From positions 399,645 to 463,644 of the forward strand of contig NMRA01000204.1 in NCBI GenBank assembly GCA_002633005.1: a DNA stretch of 64,000 nucleotides. Reading direction: 5' to 3'. Below, piece after piece: positions 54,950-62,948 of this stretch. The position numbers and the translations under genes were made by a program. This stretch comes from Phoronis australis. Taxonomy: Eukaryota > Animalia > Phoronida. Each line of letters opens with the position of its first letter. Position 1 is the stretch's first letter. Under the pieces are notes generated by a model, which was given only the letters and a program-made list of their open reading frames with translations, was not told where the DNA came from and searched no databases.

Positions 54950-57900
54950 CTTTGTGACATGCAGCAGTGTACTACTCTTTTTTGAAGGCGTGGACGTTAA
55001 CACCCTGAAGGAATCGTAGTGTGGCGACAGCTCAACTAAAATAAATCAAACGCATTCAGTTATGTTTGTTAGGCTAAATCTCACTTAGAAATCATGAAAA
55101 AACGATGAACTTCAATTAATAATCAACCCATCAACTAATTCAGGCTCCGTATTATTCTAAAATTCGAACGACTATTTAGGCCAATTCAGAGAAAAAAAAT
55201 GTGCGTTCACGATCGCTTTTTTGCGTTCACGATCGCCATAAAGAATTAACGACTTCGTTCCTGATCATCGCCTCACACAAGGACCTTCTTGTATTAGTAA
55301 ATATCTCAAATTGTTTCACAAATCATAACTAACAAAGGTGTAACCAGGGACGATATAAACGTCACACGTCTGGAATGATTGCTTGACAAGTAAAAATTGT
55401 CGATTTTACGAGGCGCAAGGCATTTTAGCGAAAGCCATTCCTTTCTGAGCTCTTCATTTTAAAAAATAAGCAAAAGCCAAGTATTACTTCAGATCCACAA
55501 CATGAGGTTACACCCTGACGCTTTTCTGTGTGTAACATTCGTACCAAAGTGGCCTCTATTTAAGCAGAAAATGACACTTAAACTCACCGGGTACGTCACT
55601 GTCGTCTTCCATTTTTGGTGCAAGGTCTCGTTCTCGATCGCCTTCCGGGCGTTCTCGATCGCGGGTTGGCCGGGGTGGAGGACGTACGCCGTAATGCTGT
55701 CTGGTACCTGTGTGTGATCTCTACACGCAGGGAACTAGCGAGTTATAACGGCTGCCACACCCTCGGTTATCGGCTAACTAGCAAATGAACTACACCTCGG
55801 AAAAACACTGAATGCACGGATCAGAAGAGCGAGACCACATGTTTGGAGCGATTCAAAAGTAGTAAAACCAAGTTAATAACCAGTAGCTTTTGAAGCACTG
55901 AGGGTGAAAAAAATTCGGATTCATCGGCGGATCAATTTCCCGAGTTTTCTGGCATTTTACTTCAGATATCTTATACAAGCGAGTTTTGGAAATTCCGTTT
56001 GGCGGCCAGGGATAATCTGTTAATCTTGCCAGCTAGCATTTACATTATGCTGAGCGTCGATCCCTCAGCCAGTGATATTCATGAAAAAAACCTGAGAAAT
56101 TCATCTTCTCAATCTCAGTATTGACATACCTCTCTGTCGTTTAAACCAAGTAATAGAACTTCCTCCATCAATGTAAGATTAGGTTCTCCTGACATGGCTT
56201 CCGTGATCTGTTGTTCAGCTGTGCTAAAGAGATTTTTAACCACTTGAACGGTGCAGCGTAACTAGTCGCAAGACCAACTTTGATCGAGTGCGGGAAACTA
56301 GTTCAGCAATAAGTTAAGTAATAGACTAAACCGGTGAATCGCGCCGCCGCGGGTGGATCCCATAGACTCTATTCACGTGGCGGACATTAAAATACAAAGC
56401 GAGGCTCACTGCGATAAACAAAGCGGAAATTTACATTGCGTGAGTTAAATGGCCGGCGGCGCCCTTTTCGAACAAGCTATGCGTACGCGCTTGCCGTTGG
56501 ATAAACATTTCCCCGAAGGAAGAATTCCTGTTCACGAAGCCTCCGAAGACACAAAGCTGTTAGTCGGCCATACATTCTAGCAAACCGTAGACTAACGAGT
56601 ATCTATGGGCAAACTTACTCAATGAAATCACAGACGTCCTCAGGCTCAGCTTCTGACGATCAGAAGGCTTCAGAAGCTGAGGACTGTGGTTGAAATGGTC
56701 GCGATGGTGTGATTGTAATTCAGGTGCTGCATACCGCGTAAGTCCGGCTATTGTCTATTGTGTATTGAAGATTATGTAATTTTTAAAGTATCGCAGTACA
56801 ATTGAAATTTTGTTTTATTTTTTCAAAAAGATATGTAGCATCAGATTATTGCGTTACTGTTGCATGTTCAAGTTCTGTATCATAGCAACCATCACTCAGA
56901 TATTTTGAGAAATTGCCAGCAATGCCATTAACAAGGCAACAATGATATCTAAAACAGATAAGGCTAGAGATAATTTTGACAATTATATTTGTCCAAAATT
57001 GGTGATGGTGTGAGATTTTACCGTACTCTAGGTATGCCCTGTTTGGGGTGTGACTCGGGCAAAAATGGTCACTTGAAAATATGAATGATGTCATATTCTG
57101 CACTGTATTTCCAGGTTTGCTCTTAAACTTTGATTAGATATCTTGAACAGCCTCATTGTGTTGTTGAACTTTCTATTCTAGGCGTTTCCATTCACTGGAT
57201 TTACGATGTGAAGAAGTTCAACTCCATTCTATCACAGTATCCTTCGCCAGAGTTTTTGGAAACGAGTTATTGCCCGTTTTACACTGTTCCAGTGGGATAT
57301 AACAGCTGCTATGGAGACCAAATGGTTGCACTTATGAAATCTCTCGTAGAATGCAAAGGTATGCATGTGCACAACAACCCATGACATTTATAATTTTGTC
57401 TGCGTATAAGAAAAAGGAATATTTTGAATAATTACTGATTTTGAAACTGGATGGCAAGTTCATGTTTATCTGGTTTGTTTTCACTAGCACAAGAAATAAA
57501 TTTCTATATGTAATACGAAGCTATGCATTGAAGTTTTCATGGACGAAATGACCTGGAATTCCTGTCATGATGACCGAGTGCAAGTGGAATTCACCTTCAG
57601 AGTAGCTATGATGACACATCGTGATGGGGAAAGTGTATTTTGTCTGATTACTATTGAAATATGCCATAGGACTTTTTGACCAGTATACGTGTCCCAACTG
57701 ATGACCACCAAAATTATTTTCTCATGTACTGTACATTCACTGGCACAGTAAGGAGGCTGAATAGATTACGATAGGTGACTTTTCTCTGATCATAAGCATC
57801 CAACAGGAATCGTTACTGATCCATGTGTTGTGTAACACGAATCTACCTGAATTGTTTTGCTCACACTTGCATGTTTGCATCCCTGTCAATACGTCTTATG

Positions 57901-60900
57901 ACATCTTGCGTTTATAACAGTTTTTCTTTGTATGTGGTAGGGAAGTAACTGGGAGAGAAGCTAACCCTCCACTTTTTCTCAGGTTGACAAATTTTTGACA
58001 TATATGTTTTGACATGTGGTGGACACGGTTTTGGATTTCAGCTTCCCACGTTGAGCAGATCTCGGCAGCCTTTGATTTTTTTCTACGAGTCAGTTGTTAG
58101 GTAGAAACAAAGTTCCTTCCTTTAACATACTTAGTTGTCTTTTTAGGCTTCAACAAGCAAAACTACAAGATGTGGTTGGAGGCCATATTTGGCCCAGGTT
58201 CTGACTATGATATCAATGCTAGACTGGGACGGCCAGCAACTCAAGAAGACAGACCTTATAACGGCCCATGGACCAACGGCTCCATAAAGATGTTCTTGGA
58301 AAACTTTACCAAGGGTAAAGAAAAAACTGGAATGAACCCAAATTCTTATGTAAGGAAGTCTTCTGAGTAAGATAACTTATGAAATTATTTTTCTTTTAGT
58401 ACTTACCTCCCATGTAGTGTAATTATAAATTAGGTTCATTGTTGCATGGTTTGACTGTGTGTTTTATGAAGTCTTTTTTACGTCATGCCAATGATGACAG
58501 AAATTGTCCCATCATAAAGTCCATCACTAGTAGCTTTCATAATGGGGAGCTAAGTATAAATAGTTATGTTAAACAAAGTCAGAATCACTAACTGCACTTT
58601 AAACCTGTTTATTTCCTATCATAAGTATGTTTAGTCCTTAAAATTAAACAAGAATGTGTACAAATTCAGTTTATGGTGTTTGATTTGCACAAAAAATGAT
58701 ACACTGTCGCTGCTTTGCTTGATGTCTAGAGTTTGTCTTCTTTTTGTTAATATTGCTGTTAGATGATGTAGTGAATAAACATGAAAGTTCTCTTTGTATT
58801 TATCATCAACATCTATTTCAAAGTGGCTGTAGGCCCACCCGCCTTCCATAAGAAATAACTTCATTTAGATCATTTACCGTCAGAAAAACAGATCTCAACT
58901 TCTATCCTTTACTCATATTGGTCTTGGGGAAAAACTAGGTACTCTATTATTGTTTGAGGGTAAAGTTTCCTTATATTCGAATTCTCCTTCTTTACGAACA
59001 CCCTGTCCGTTGGGTGAAGAGAGTTCCTTCCTTTCCAAACAAGTCCCACATTGGCGAACATGTTTTTTTTTTTTAAATAAGAACGGAACTGAATGTCAGC
59101 CCCAGGAAGTTTACTGAAACCAGACCCAATAGGATGGCTTGTCACGGCAGGTCACATTATGTAGTGAGCATGTTGATAAGCTCTAACCACAGGCACCTTA
59201 AGTAGCCCTCAACCTTATAGTGTATAGATGAGGGCTGATCAAAGGTGCCTGTGCTCTAACCAACTGTCACGTCTTCCTATGCTCGGTTAGCTCCTCCAAT
59301 GACAGTAACCGACATGATGAGACAAGTTTTATAGTAGTAAATGGTTTGTAACAGCTTTAAACTTGTGGGCAATGGAGGCATCATTGTTGTAGTACTTAGA
59401 GTGGACTACAGGTGCCCAGAATGGGTAACTTCAGGCTATCAGTATGCTAAAACAGGTTCGAGACGGTTCAGCATGCCATAGCTACTGTCTGTGAGCTCAG
59501 CCATGGACATATTATGCAGTAGTCATGGAAACCCATCATTGTTAAACACCCTCGCACAGCTAATTTGGTCAAGCCAAAATCATGCACATCAGTCTGGAAT
59601 AAAAAAACCAACAGCGGTAAATCTTCCTGTTAAAACAATCAATGAACTCCATTTAGTCCATGGTTTTCTTAACATGAATTTAGGAACCCTTACTGGATGT
59701 ATTAAAAACAAAACAAAGGGTTCCCACTACAATGTGGACCAAAATAACGTTTTTCAAAGATAGCTCTGCATGAGGCTCTAATGCTTGTCTTATCGCAGCA
59801 TTTTATGATTTTTATGACTAACGCAAAATGAAAACGAAACAAGATTCGTGGTTGAAATACATATGTCCCTTCATAACAGTCATGGTAGTTGTGAGTGGAG
59901 AGAAGTAAGTAATACTGCCTTGATGTCCATTAGTTCAACATTTGTGGCTACCTTCACAATGATCTGAAACTTTGACTTACAAAGTAGTCTCACTGGAAAA
60001 GTAATACAGCGACAATAACACTTGTTATAATGCAGTTAGAGGAATTCATCCCACTGTTTACATAGTGCTTATTAAACTAACCACACATTTAGTATTTAAA
60101 GTCATGACCAGGTCAATTGAAATTTGCCCATGTTAAAAAACTGGCACCTATTTATAGGATTTATTTAGTGGCTTTCTAATTTTTCTTCGTCTAACTGTTG
60201 GGGAAAGGAGAATTGATGAAGGTGTACTTTGGTAGGGAACTAAGGTGGGTTTTGGGAACAAAAAATGGACCAAAACAAAGACGGTTTTGCCTCGTGAGCC
60301 CTGAAATACCTAAATGTATCAAGTTGTTAAACATTCTCAAAGGAAACGTATGCCTGAGAAATACTTGAGAGATGACAGACCACCACCATACGAGATGTAT
60401 TGGCTTTCGGAAAATATTGTCTCTTGAATAATCTGACAGTTTTTATACACTCTTGTCTCTTAAATAGGCAGATGGTTTCTCAAAGATAGCTGCCCTCGTA
60501 GCTCTGTACTCTGGTGACGAACGGCTGTTGAGCGTGGTTGAAGAAGTCGTCCGAGTGACGCAAGATGATGACACCGCGGTGGAGTTTGCTAAAACAGGTC
60601 TGTGTATCAACAGGAATAAAGTTGGAAACTATCCAGATATTATTGAAAAAGCAGATTTTGGTCAATTTATCCATTGAGTCAGTTTCGTGGACTGTGGGTC
60701 AGTAACTTGTACCTGTACTGTCTAGCAAAAAGTTGGGAAGGACTTCCTGTTGTACCCTGGTTATGACGAAAGTAGAGTACTGGACCGGTGATTATGTATT
60801 ACATTATATTTTATGTGCCCAAATTCGCATTTACTACACAGGACACTATAGTTTCCACTCTTTTGGTAGTGTATTACATATTGAACTAAAACTTGATGAA

Positions 60901-62948
60901 CATTTTCTTAGGGCTCTGTCACACCTGGCTAGTTGTCATTATTTCTGAAGAATTTTGAGGCAACAGTGGGAACAGAATAAATGTTGGAGAACTTAATTAC
61001 AATTCAAGTTGGAACCCCGTGGACAGTGGCGCATATGAGCTATATTTTTGGCCAAAGGTGCCCATTTGTGTCTGTCCTCAATAAGTTTCGTCAAGGTTTT
61101 AGGACAAGTTCAAACATAATGAAAACTGCTTTGGTGTGACGGTGCCTTTGTCTGGTGTTTGTGCCATTTGATTGAAAGATTTTTCTCAACAAGAGTGTAT
61201 TAATCTTGGTCCATTTTCAGCTGCCTTAATTCTAGAGCAGTATGTTCTCCATGGTCGTGTTCCCGATGTCCTTGACAGAATTCAGCCACGACTGGACAAC
61301 AAAACTCTGACCTGTATCAAGGCTGTCTCTGATCTTGTCGGCAAACCTCACATTGACGCTGTCCAATTATATGGCCTGTCTTGCGGTAAGTTTTGTGTGA
61401 TTTGTTTTGACTGCATTGGTATGAGCCTACCACGTACACAGTGTAAGTGCATATTACAGTCATCTCTTGGTGCCTGTGCCTGGTTGCATGAAACAGTCCC
61501 AAATAGGGACTCAACAAACTTCCCTAAATCTACTGCGTACTTTTGAACTTGTGAAAACATCGATTGCCCTTTCTTGTATTGTTTTAGTTTCATTACTAAG
61601 TCACGTTTTGACTTTGATGCAAATCAAGAGTAAACTCTACGTTGAATTGTCAAAACTATCGAAACTAATTAGGGATCTTTTCATGCAACATCCCCAATTT
61701 AAGGACTGAGTCCCTATTTATTGTCAATTAACTCCGAGCTCAGTTTTTAGTTACATTATTAGAAAATGTCTTTTGTCAAGAGGATCTCATAACAAGGATG
61801 AAATGATAGAAAAATATTGCATCTGTTCGTCCATAAAGACACGAATATACAAAAAGACTCAGGGACCTTAGTTGTGTCCCTATTTGGGACTGTTACATGC
61901 AACCTGCCACTTAGATCTGCCTTTTTATCTACTAAATTATTTAGGATTTTTCTAAAAATAGGTCTGGTCGGAGCTCATAGGTTTTTTAACAGATCTAACC
62001 ATTGCTGTGCCTGTGAGTTGCAATTTTAGTCTTCATGTCTTCCATTCTTTCTACCAAATCCATTGTAACATCTTTGGCAGCTACATTTCGATGATGGAGA
62101 GAAAAGCACCCTCCAACTTTTGAAGGAATCCTACAGCAATGTGAGCATTTGTTTTATCTAGTGGTCATTTTATTCTTGAGTTTTTGTCATCCGCCTCTTT
62201 ATCCACCAAACAGTTCAGAGTATCATTATGAAAACTGGCATTAGTTCTTACAAGAGCACAACTGACAAGGACTGCACTGTGTCGCCCCCTCGTGGTATTT
62301 CTTTGCATTAGCGGCTCTGTCTGCTAAATCCCTTGCAGTATCTTTGTGAAATTTTACGAGTGTTTTTCCTATAATGCAGTTACAGTGCATTGAAGAACTT
62401 TTTTTCAGGTGAATCCGTCCACCGCTGTGCCTCCAAGTGATAATCTTATTTTTTGTGTTTGCTTCTGTATCTCTAATCAGAGTTCCTTGATGGATTTTCA
62501 TGAACAAATTTAACATTAGGTTTCTGTGTGAGAGACGCCGACGATTTCCTATTTGCTATCTGGATTGATGAATTTTGTTCCACCTGATGGTATTTTTTGA
62601 TCATAGGAGCATACAGGTTATAGTGAAGTCGTAGGCAACCTTCAATGCTCTGCGTTGCCCTTGTTGGGTGCATTCTATTTTCGTAACCTCCACTCTATCT
62701 TGACATTTGTAGGTTTACCAGGCTGTTTTCAAGGTGCGTTGCATGGCGTGCTGTCAAGTAGTGATGATTATGTGGCCTCCGTGAGACCTGTCATAGCAGC
62801 CCCCGGTGATAATTGTGCAAGGGCAAGCTTCGTTGGTGCCTGTGTCGGGGCTTGCGTGGGATTGGAGGGCATTCCCAGCCAATGGCTTGAGAAGATGTTC
62901 AACAAGGACATTGTTAATGTGGCGACAAAAATAGCAAAATTGAGATAG
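19262..62948 (+). CDS. SELENOJ: Crystallin J1 / selenoprotein J-like protein (ADP-ribosylglycohydrolase family), Cys form; 6 exons, 327 aa: join(19262..19334,57182..57358,58147..58349,60468..60597,61221..61385,62713..62948)
   Basis: All introns are GT-AG and phase-compatible (1,1,0,1,1). The protein MSSATSVTDRAIGSIVGCLVADAT-CVSIHWIYD...PEF...CPFY...SCYGDQ...FGPGSDYD...GPW...VRVTQ...GLSCGLPGCFQGALH...GDNCARASFVGAC...GIPSQW matches the SelJ/J1-crystallin pattern as I recall it. Confidence 0.8.
19664..19749. mobile_element. 86-bp perfectly palindromic MITE with 8-bp TSD (P-element- or hAT-like)
   Basis: 41-bp perfect arms starting CACAGGCGTCCTCAGC, loop AATA; CTCACACG duplicated at 19656-19663 and 19750-19757; related sequence near 44065 and 56630. 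Confidence 0.85.
21626..21788. mobile_element. MITE of the CAGGGGCGGATCCAG...AATCCGCCACTG family
   Basis: Short TIRs; similar along its length to 27669-27825; further partial copies near 30995, 46600 and 63415. Confidence 0.7.
22073..22180. mobile_element. TA-CCGTA type (Tc1/mariner-pogo-like) MITE
   Basis: TACCGTACTCGTCCGGGTTACCGCC ... GGCGGTAACCCGAACGAGTACGGTA; a related right end lies at about 5490-5522. Confidence 0.7.
23284..23557. mobile_element. MITE, same family as 51075-51337
   Basis: CATGCGAGCACCC ... GGGTGCACAAATG termini and shared internal blocks (AGACAAAAGTCCACT, AAAAGGTC, TCGAGCCCCCC). Confidence 0.6.
24246..26187 (-). CDS. NLR last exon: NACHT, HD1/WHD/HD2 and an uncharacterised C-terminal region
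   Basis: 638-aa ORF with NACHT motifs; acceptor TTTTTGCAG before 26187; stop TAG ending at 24246. Confidence 0.92.
24246..31779 (-). CDS. CARD-NACHT NLR-like protein, about 826 aa: complement(join(24246..26187,28394..28577,28726..28767,28853..29009,31624..31779)); the 42-bp exon 28726..28767 is optional
   Basis: CARD (KLRKNYSFLVKNLAVDSVMDYLHQEGVLSEDDLERV...DQARKLLAMLPKR...AYPKLLQAL), pre-NACHT segment (ELRQRY...PLPW...LPDVYTDLLL), Walker A GIAGMGKT, Walker B LLIIDGYDEL, sensor-1 VVTSRP, NPL, QEVLAA. GT-AG junctions with phases 0,1,1,2 all keep the frame. Confidence 0.85.
26492..26565 (+). pseudogene. tRNA-like sequence (pseudo-tRNA or SINE head) in an NLR intron
   Basis: A box TGGCTCAGTGG, B box GGTTCGAGTCC, D arm, anticodon arm TCTGC-ATGGTTA-GCAGA and T arm all fold; the acceptor stem has mismatches. 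Confidence 0.6.
27669..27825. mobile_element. MITE (CAGGGGCGGATCCAG...AATCCGCCACTG) flanked by GTTAC direct repeats
   Basis: TIR-like ends, GTTAC on both flanks, and a paralogous copy at 21626. Confidence 0.75.
28394..28577 (-). CDS. NLR exon 4 (pre-NACHT segment)
   Basis: DLNYPSAVANEEVLYAIQVELRQRYTEQFHKVNPLPWLGEMVISLPDVYTDLLLKERDTYNR; AG/GT boundaries, phase 1 to 2. Confidence 0.85.
28726..28767 (-). CDS. NLR candidate 42-bp symmetric micro-exon 3
   Basis: TTTTTGCCAG acceptor, G|GTATAT donor, phase 1-1, open frame DQTWTLKTDVSSSY. Confidence 0.5.
28853..29009 (-). CDS. NLR exon 2 (C-terminal half of the CARD)
   Basis: ARKLLAMLPKRTKDAYPKLLQALNMADVTFIAEQLEQ; acceptor TTTTCAG, donor G|GTTTGT. 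Confidence 0.85.
29831..31340. mobile_element. 1.5-kb non-autonomous TIR DNA transposon (CATAG termini, P-element-like) in NLR intron 1
   Basis: Perfect 18-bp TIR CATAGACCCTATTCACGC / GCGTGAATAGGGTCTATG; its left end recurs at 56361; no clear TSD. Confidence 0.7.
31493..31530 (-). mobile_element. Isolated 5' hairpin of the Helentron-like family at 38028
   Basis: Reverse complement TTTTTATGCGCCCACATATTTATATGTGGACGCATTAT is near-identical to 38028-38061. Confidence 0.6.
31624..31779 (-). CDS. NLR coding exon 1 (N-terminal half of the CARD)
   Basis: MDKQDVVKLRKNYSFLVKNLAVDSVMDYLHQEGVLSEDDLERVGAEVTSQDQ; donor CAG|GTAGTT, phase 0. Confidence 0.88.
34416..35318. other. Assembly gap
   Basis: Run of N. 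Confidence 1.
36317..36773. mobile_element. TA-CCGTA-type MITE with internal GGGTAATCGCCCATCCC repeats
   Basis: Imperfect TIRs (CGCGGGTTAACACCC / GGGTGTTAACCCGTG...TACGGTA) and about 5 internal motif copies. Confidence 0.65.
37331..37445. other. Assembly gap
   Basis: Run of N. Confidence 1.
37446..37722 (-). mobile_element. Probable 5' end of a Ginger-type DNA transposon, truncated at the gap
   Basis: Minus strand reads CCGG|TGTCGCGTGAAATTTCTTCCC with three GGGAAGAAATTTCACG subterminal repeats, followed by the ORF start MHDLKHSESDVKKFLEDGSHPLTLTKSQR, reminiscent of GIN1/Ginger integrase N-termini. Confidence 0.45.
38028..39789 (+). mobile_element. Non-autonomous Helentron/HINE-like element with an internal satellite array (about 11 x ~150 bp, trimeric ~440-460-bp higher-order unit)
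   Basis: 5' hairpin GCGCCAACATAT-TT-ATATGTGGACGC, CGTCC microsatellite, tandem units with AAATTTGG and GCGCCNCCTAGTGGC, 3' end GGGCGCATTTCAACGTTCCGCGTTGCTCTTGTT. Confidence 0.75.
39873..40049. mobile_element. MITE whose left TIR contains a 5 x 12-bp tandem expansion (ACGCTAGGACCT)
   Basis: Five perfect copies at 39883-39942; the right TIR TTTTAGCGAGGTCCTAGCGTTGCTGAACG has a single copy. Confidence 0.75.
41460..41912 (+). mobile_element. 5'-truncated copy of the Helentron/HINE-like satellite element
   Basis: Units homologous to 38028-39789 and a matching 3' end CTCTGCGTTGCTCTT. Confidence 0.7.
43085..43509 (-). CDS. GOLPH3: GOLPH3-like exon 3
   Basis: Acceptor GCTTTCAG, stop TAA; matches the C-terminal half of GPP34. 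Confidence 0.92.
43085..56195 (-). CDS. GOLPH3: Golgi phosphoprotein 3-like (GPP34/Vps74 family), 245 aa: complement(join(43085..43509,49954..50200,56130..56195))
   Basis: [50 protein letters not shown]...PTGNDLLDEALK...|GDSWN...MRNVRDR...FILFD...WVDDPHRMDLR...ANEFMWAVIESFHK; GT-AG introns with phases 0 and 1. Confidence 0.9.
45040..46034 (+). mobile_element. 3' fragment of an L1/Tx1-like non-LTR retrotransposon ORF2 (zf-RVT region) in GOLPH3 intron 2
   Basis: PLWFNSNL, FYKPWFVKGL, WFQFRILH, TNTFL, CSFC..ETLSYLFWEC; no RT or endonuclease core visible. Confidence 0.85.
46308..46370 (+). mobile_element. Degenerate tRNA-derived SINE head
   Basis: A-box-like TGGTGTAGTGG and B-box-like AGTTCGAGTC. 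Confidence 0.35.
47179..47580. mobile_element. Palindromic MITE (CAAGGTACC termini) inserted at the left tip of the foldback
   Basis: About 190-bp inverted arms; it splits AAGTAGTATA from GGAAGAGG, whose equivalent is uninterrupted in the right arm. Confidence 0.8.
48373..48739. mobile_element. Palindromic MITE with CACGGGTG termini and 5-bp TSD ATACA (Transib- or Chapaev-like)
   Basis: TIR CACGGGTGGGAAATAACATGAC / GTCATGTTGTTTCTCACCCGTG; the empty site CGGCATACAAAAG is present in the opposite foldback arm. Confidence 0.85.
49954..50200 (-). CDS. GOLPH3: GOLPH3-like exon 2
   Basis: Acceptor TTTTTCAG, donor G|GTAACT; SFWND..SSALRG..ELALRGR. Confidence 0.92.
51075..51337. mobile_element. hAT-like MITE
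   Basis: Perfect TIR CATGCGCGCACCC / GGGTGCGCGCATG; flanks CTCCGTG / CCCCGTG. Confidence 0.7.
53568..54296. mobile_element. Degenerate TIR element
   Basis: CCTGCGTTCCGCTAGGTGGTAGCCAGCACG at the left end versus CGTGCTGGCTACC..CATCTAGCGGCACGCAGG at the right end. Confidence 0.55.
54914..54947. repeat. (CA)n microsatellite
   Basis: Read directly from the sequence. Confidence 0.95.
56130..56195 (-). CDS. GOLPH3: GOLPH3-like coding exon 1
   Basis: Kozak-like [28 protein letters not shown]; donor GAG|GTATGT, phase 0; in-frame TAG upstream at 56262-56264. Confidence 0.9.
56361..56607. mobile_element. Short derivative of the CATAG TIR element at 29831
   Basis: First ~90 bp near-identical to 29831-29925; ends TATCTATG. 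Confidence 0.6.
57182..57358 (+). CDS. SELENOJ: SelJ/crystallin J1-like exon 2
   Basis: VSIHWIYD...PEFLETSYCPFY...NSCYGDQ...KSLVECK; AG/GT boundaries. Confidence 0.9.
58147..58349 (+). CDS. SELENOJ: SelJ/crystallin J1-like exon 3
   Basis: FGPGSDYD...GPWTNGSIKMFLEN...EKTG; TTTTAG acceptor, GTAAGG donor. Confidence 0.88.
59188..59253. mobile_element. 66-bp palindromic MITE (CACAGGCACC termini) with CTCTAAC duplication
   Basis: CACAGGCACCTT...AAGGTGCCTGTG; CTCTAAC on both flanks. Confidence 0.75.
60468..60597 (+). CDS. SELENOJ: SelJ/crystallin J1-like exon 4 (not in the ORF track)
   Basis: ADGFSKIAALVALYSGDERLLSVVEEVVRVTQDDDTAVEFAKT; phase 0 to 1. Confidence 0.88.
61221..61385 (+). CDS. SELENOJ: SelJ/crystallin J1-like exon 5
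   Basis: AALILEQYVLHG...LYGLSC; TTTTCAG acceptor, GTAAGT donor. Confidence 0.9.
61482..61904. mobile_element. MITE with ~34-bp TIRs
   Basis: GGTTGCATGAAACAGTCCCAAATAGGGACTCAAC / GTTGTGTCCCTATTTGGGACTGTTACATGCAACC. Confidence 0.75.
62090..62665 (+). mobile_element. Old, degenerate copy of the Helentron/HINE-like satellite element
   Basis: Eroded ~150-bp units and 3' end TTCAATGCTCTGCGTTGCCCTTGTT. Confidence 0.55.
62713..62948 (+). CDS. SELENOJ: SelJ/crystallin J1-like exon 6
   Basis: GLPGCFQGALHGVL...PGDNCARASFVGACVGA..GLEGIPSQWLEK; stop TAG. Confidence 0.92.
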
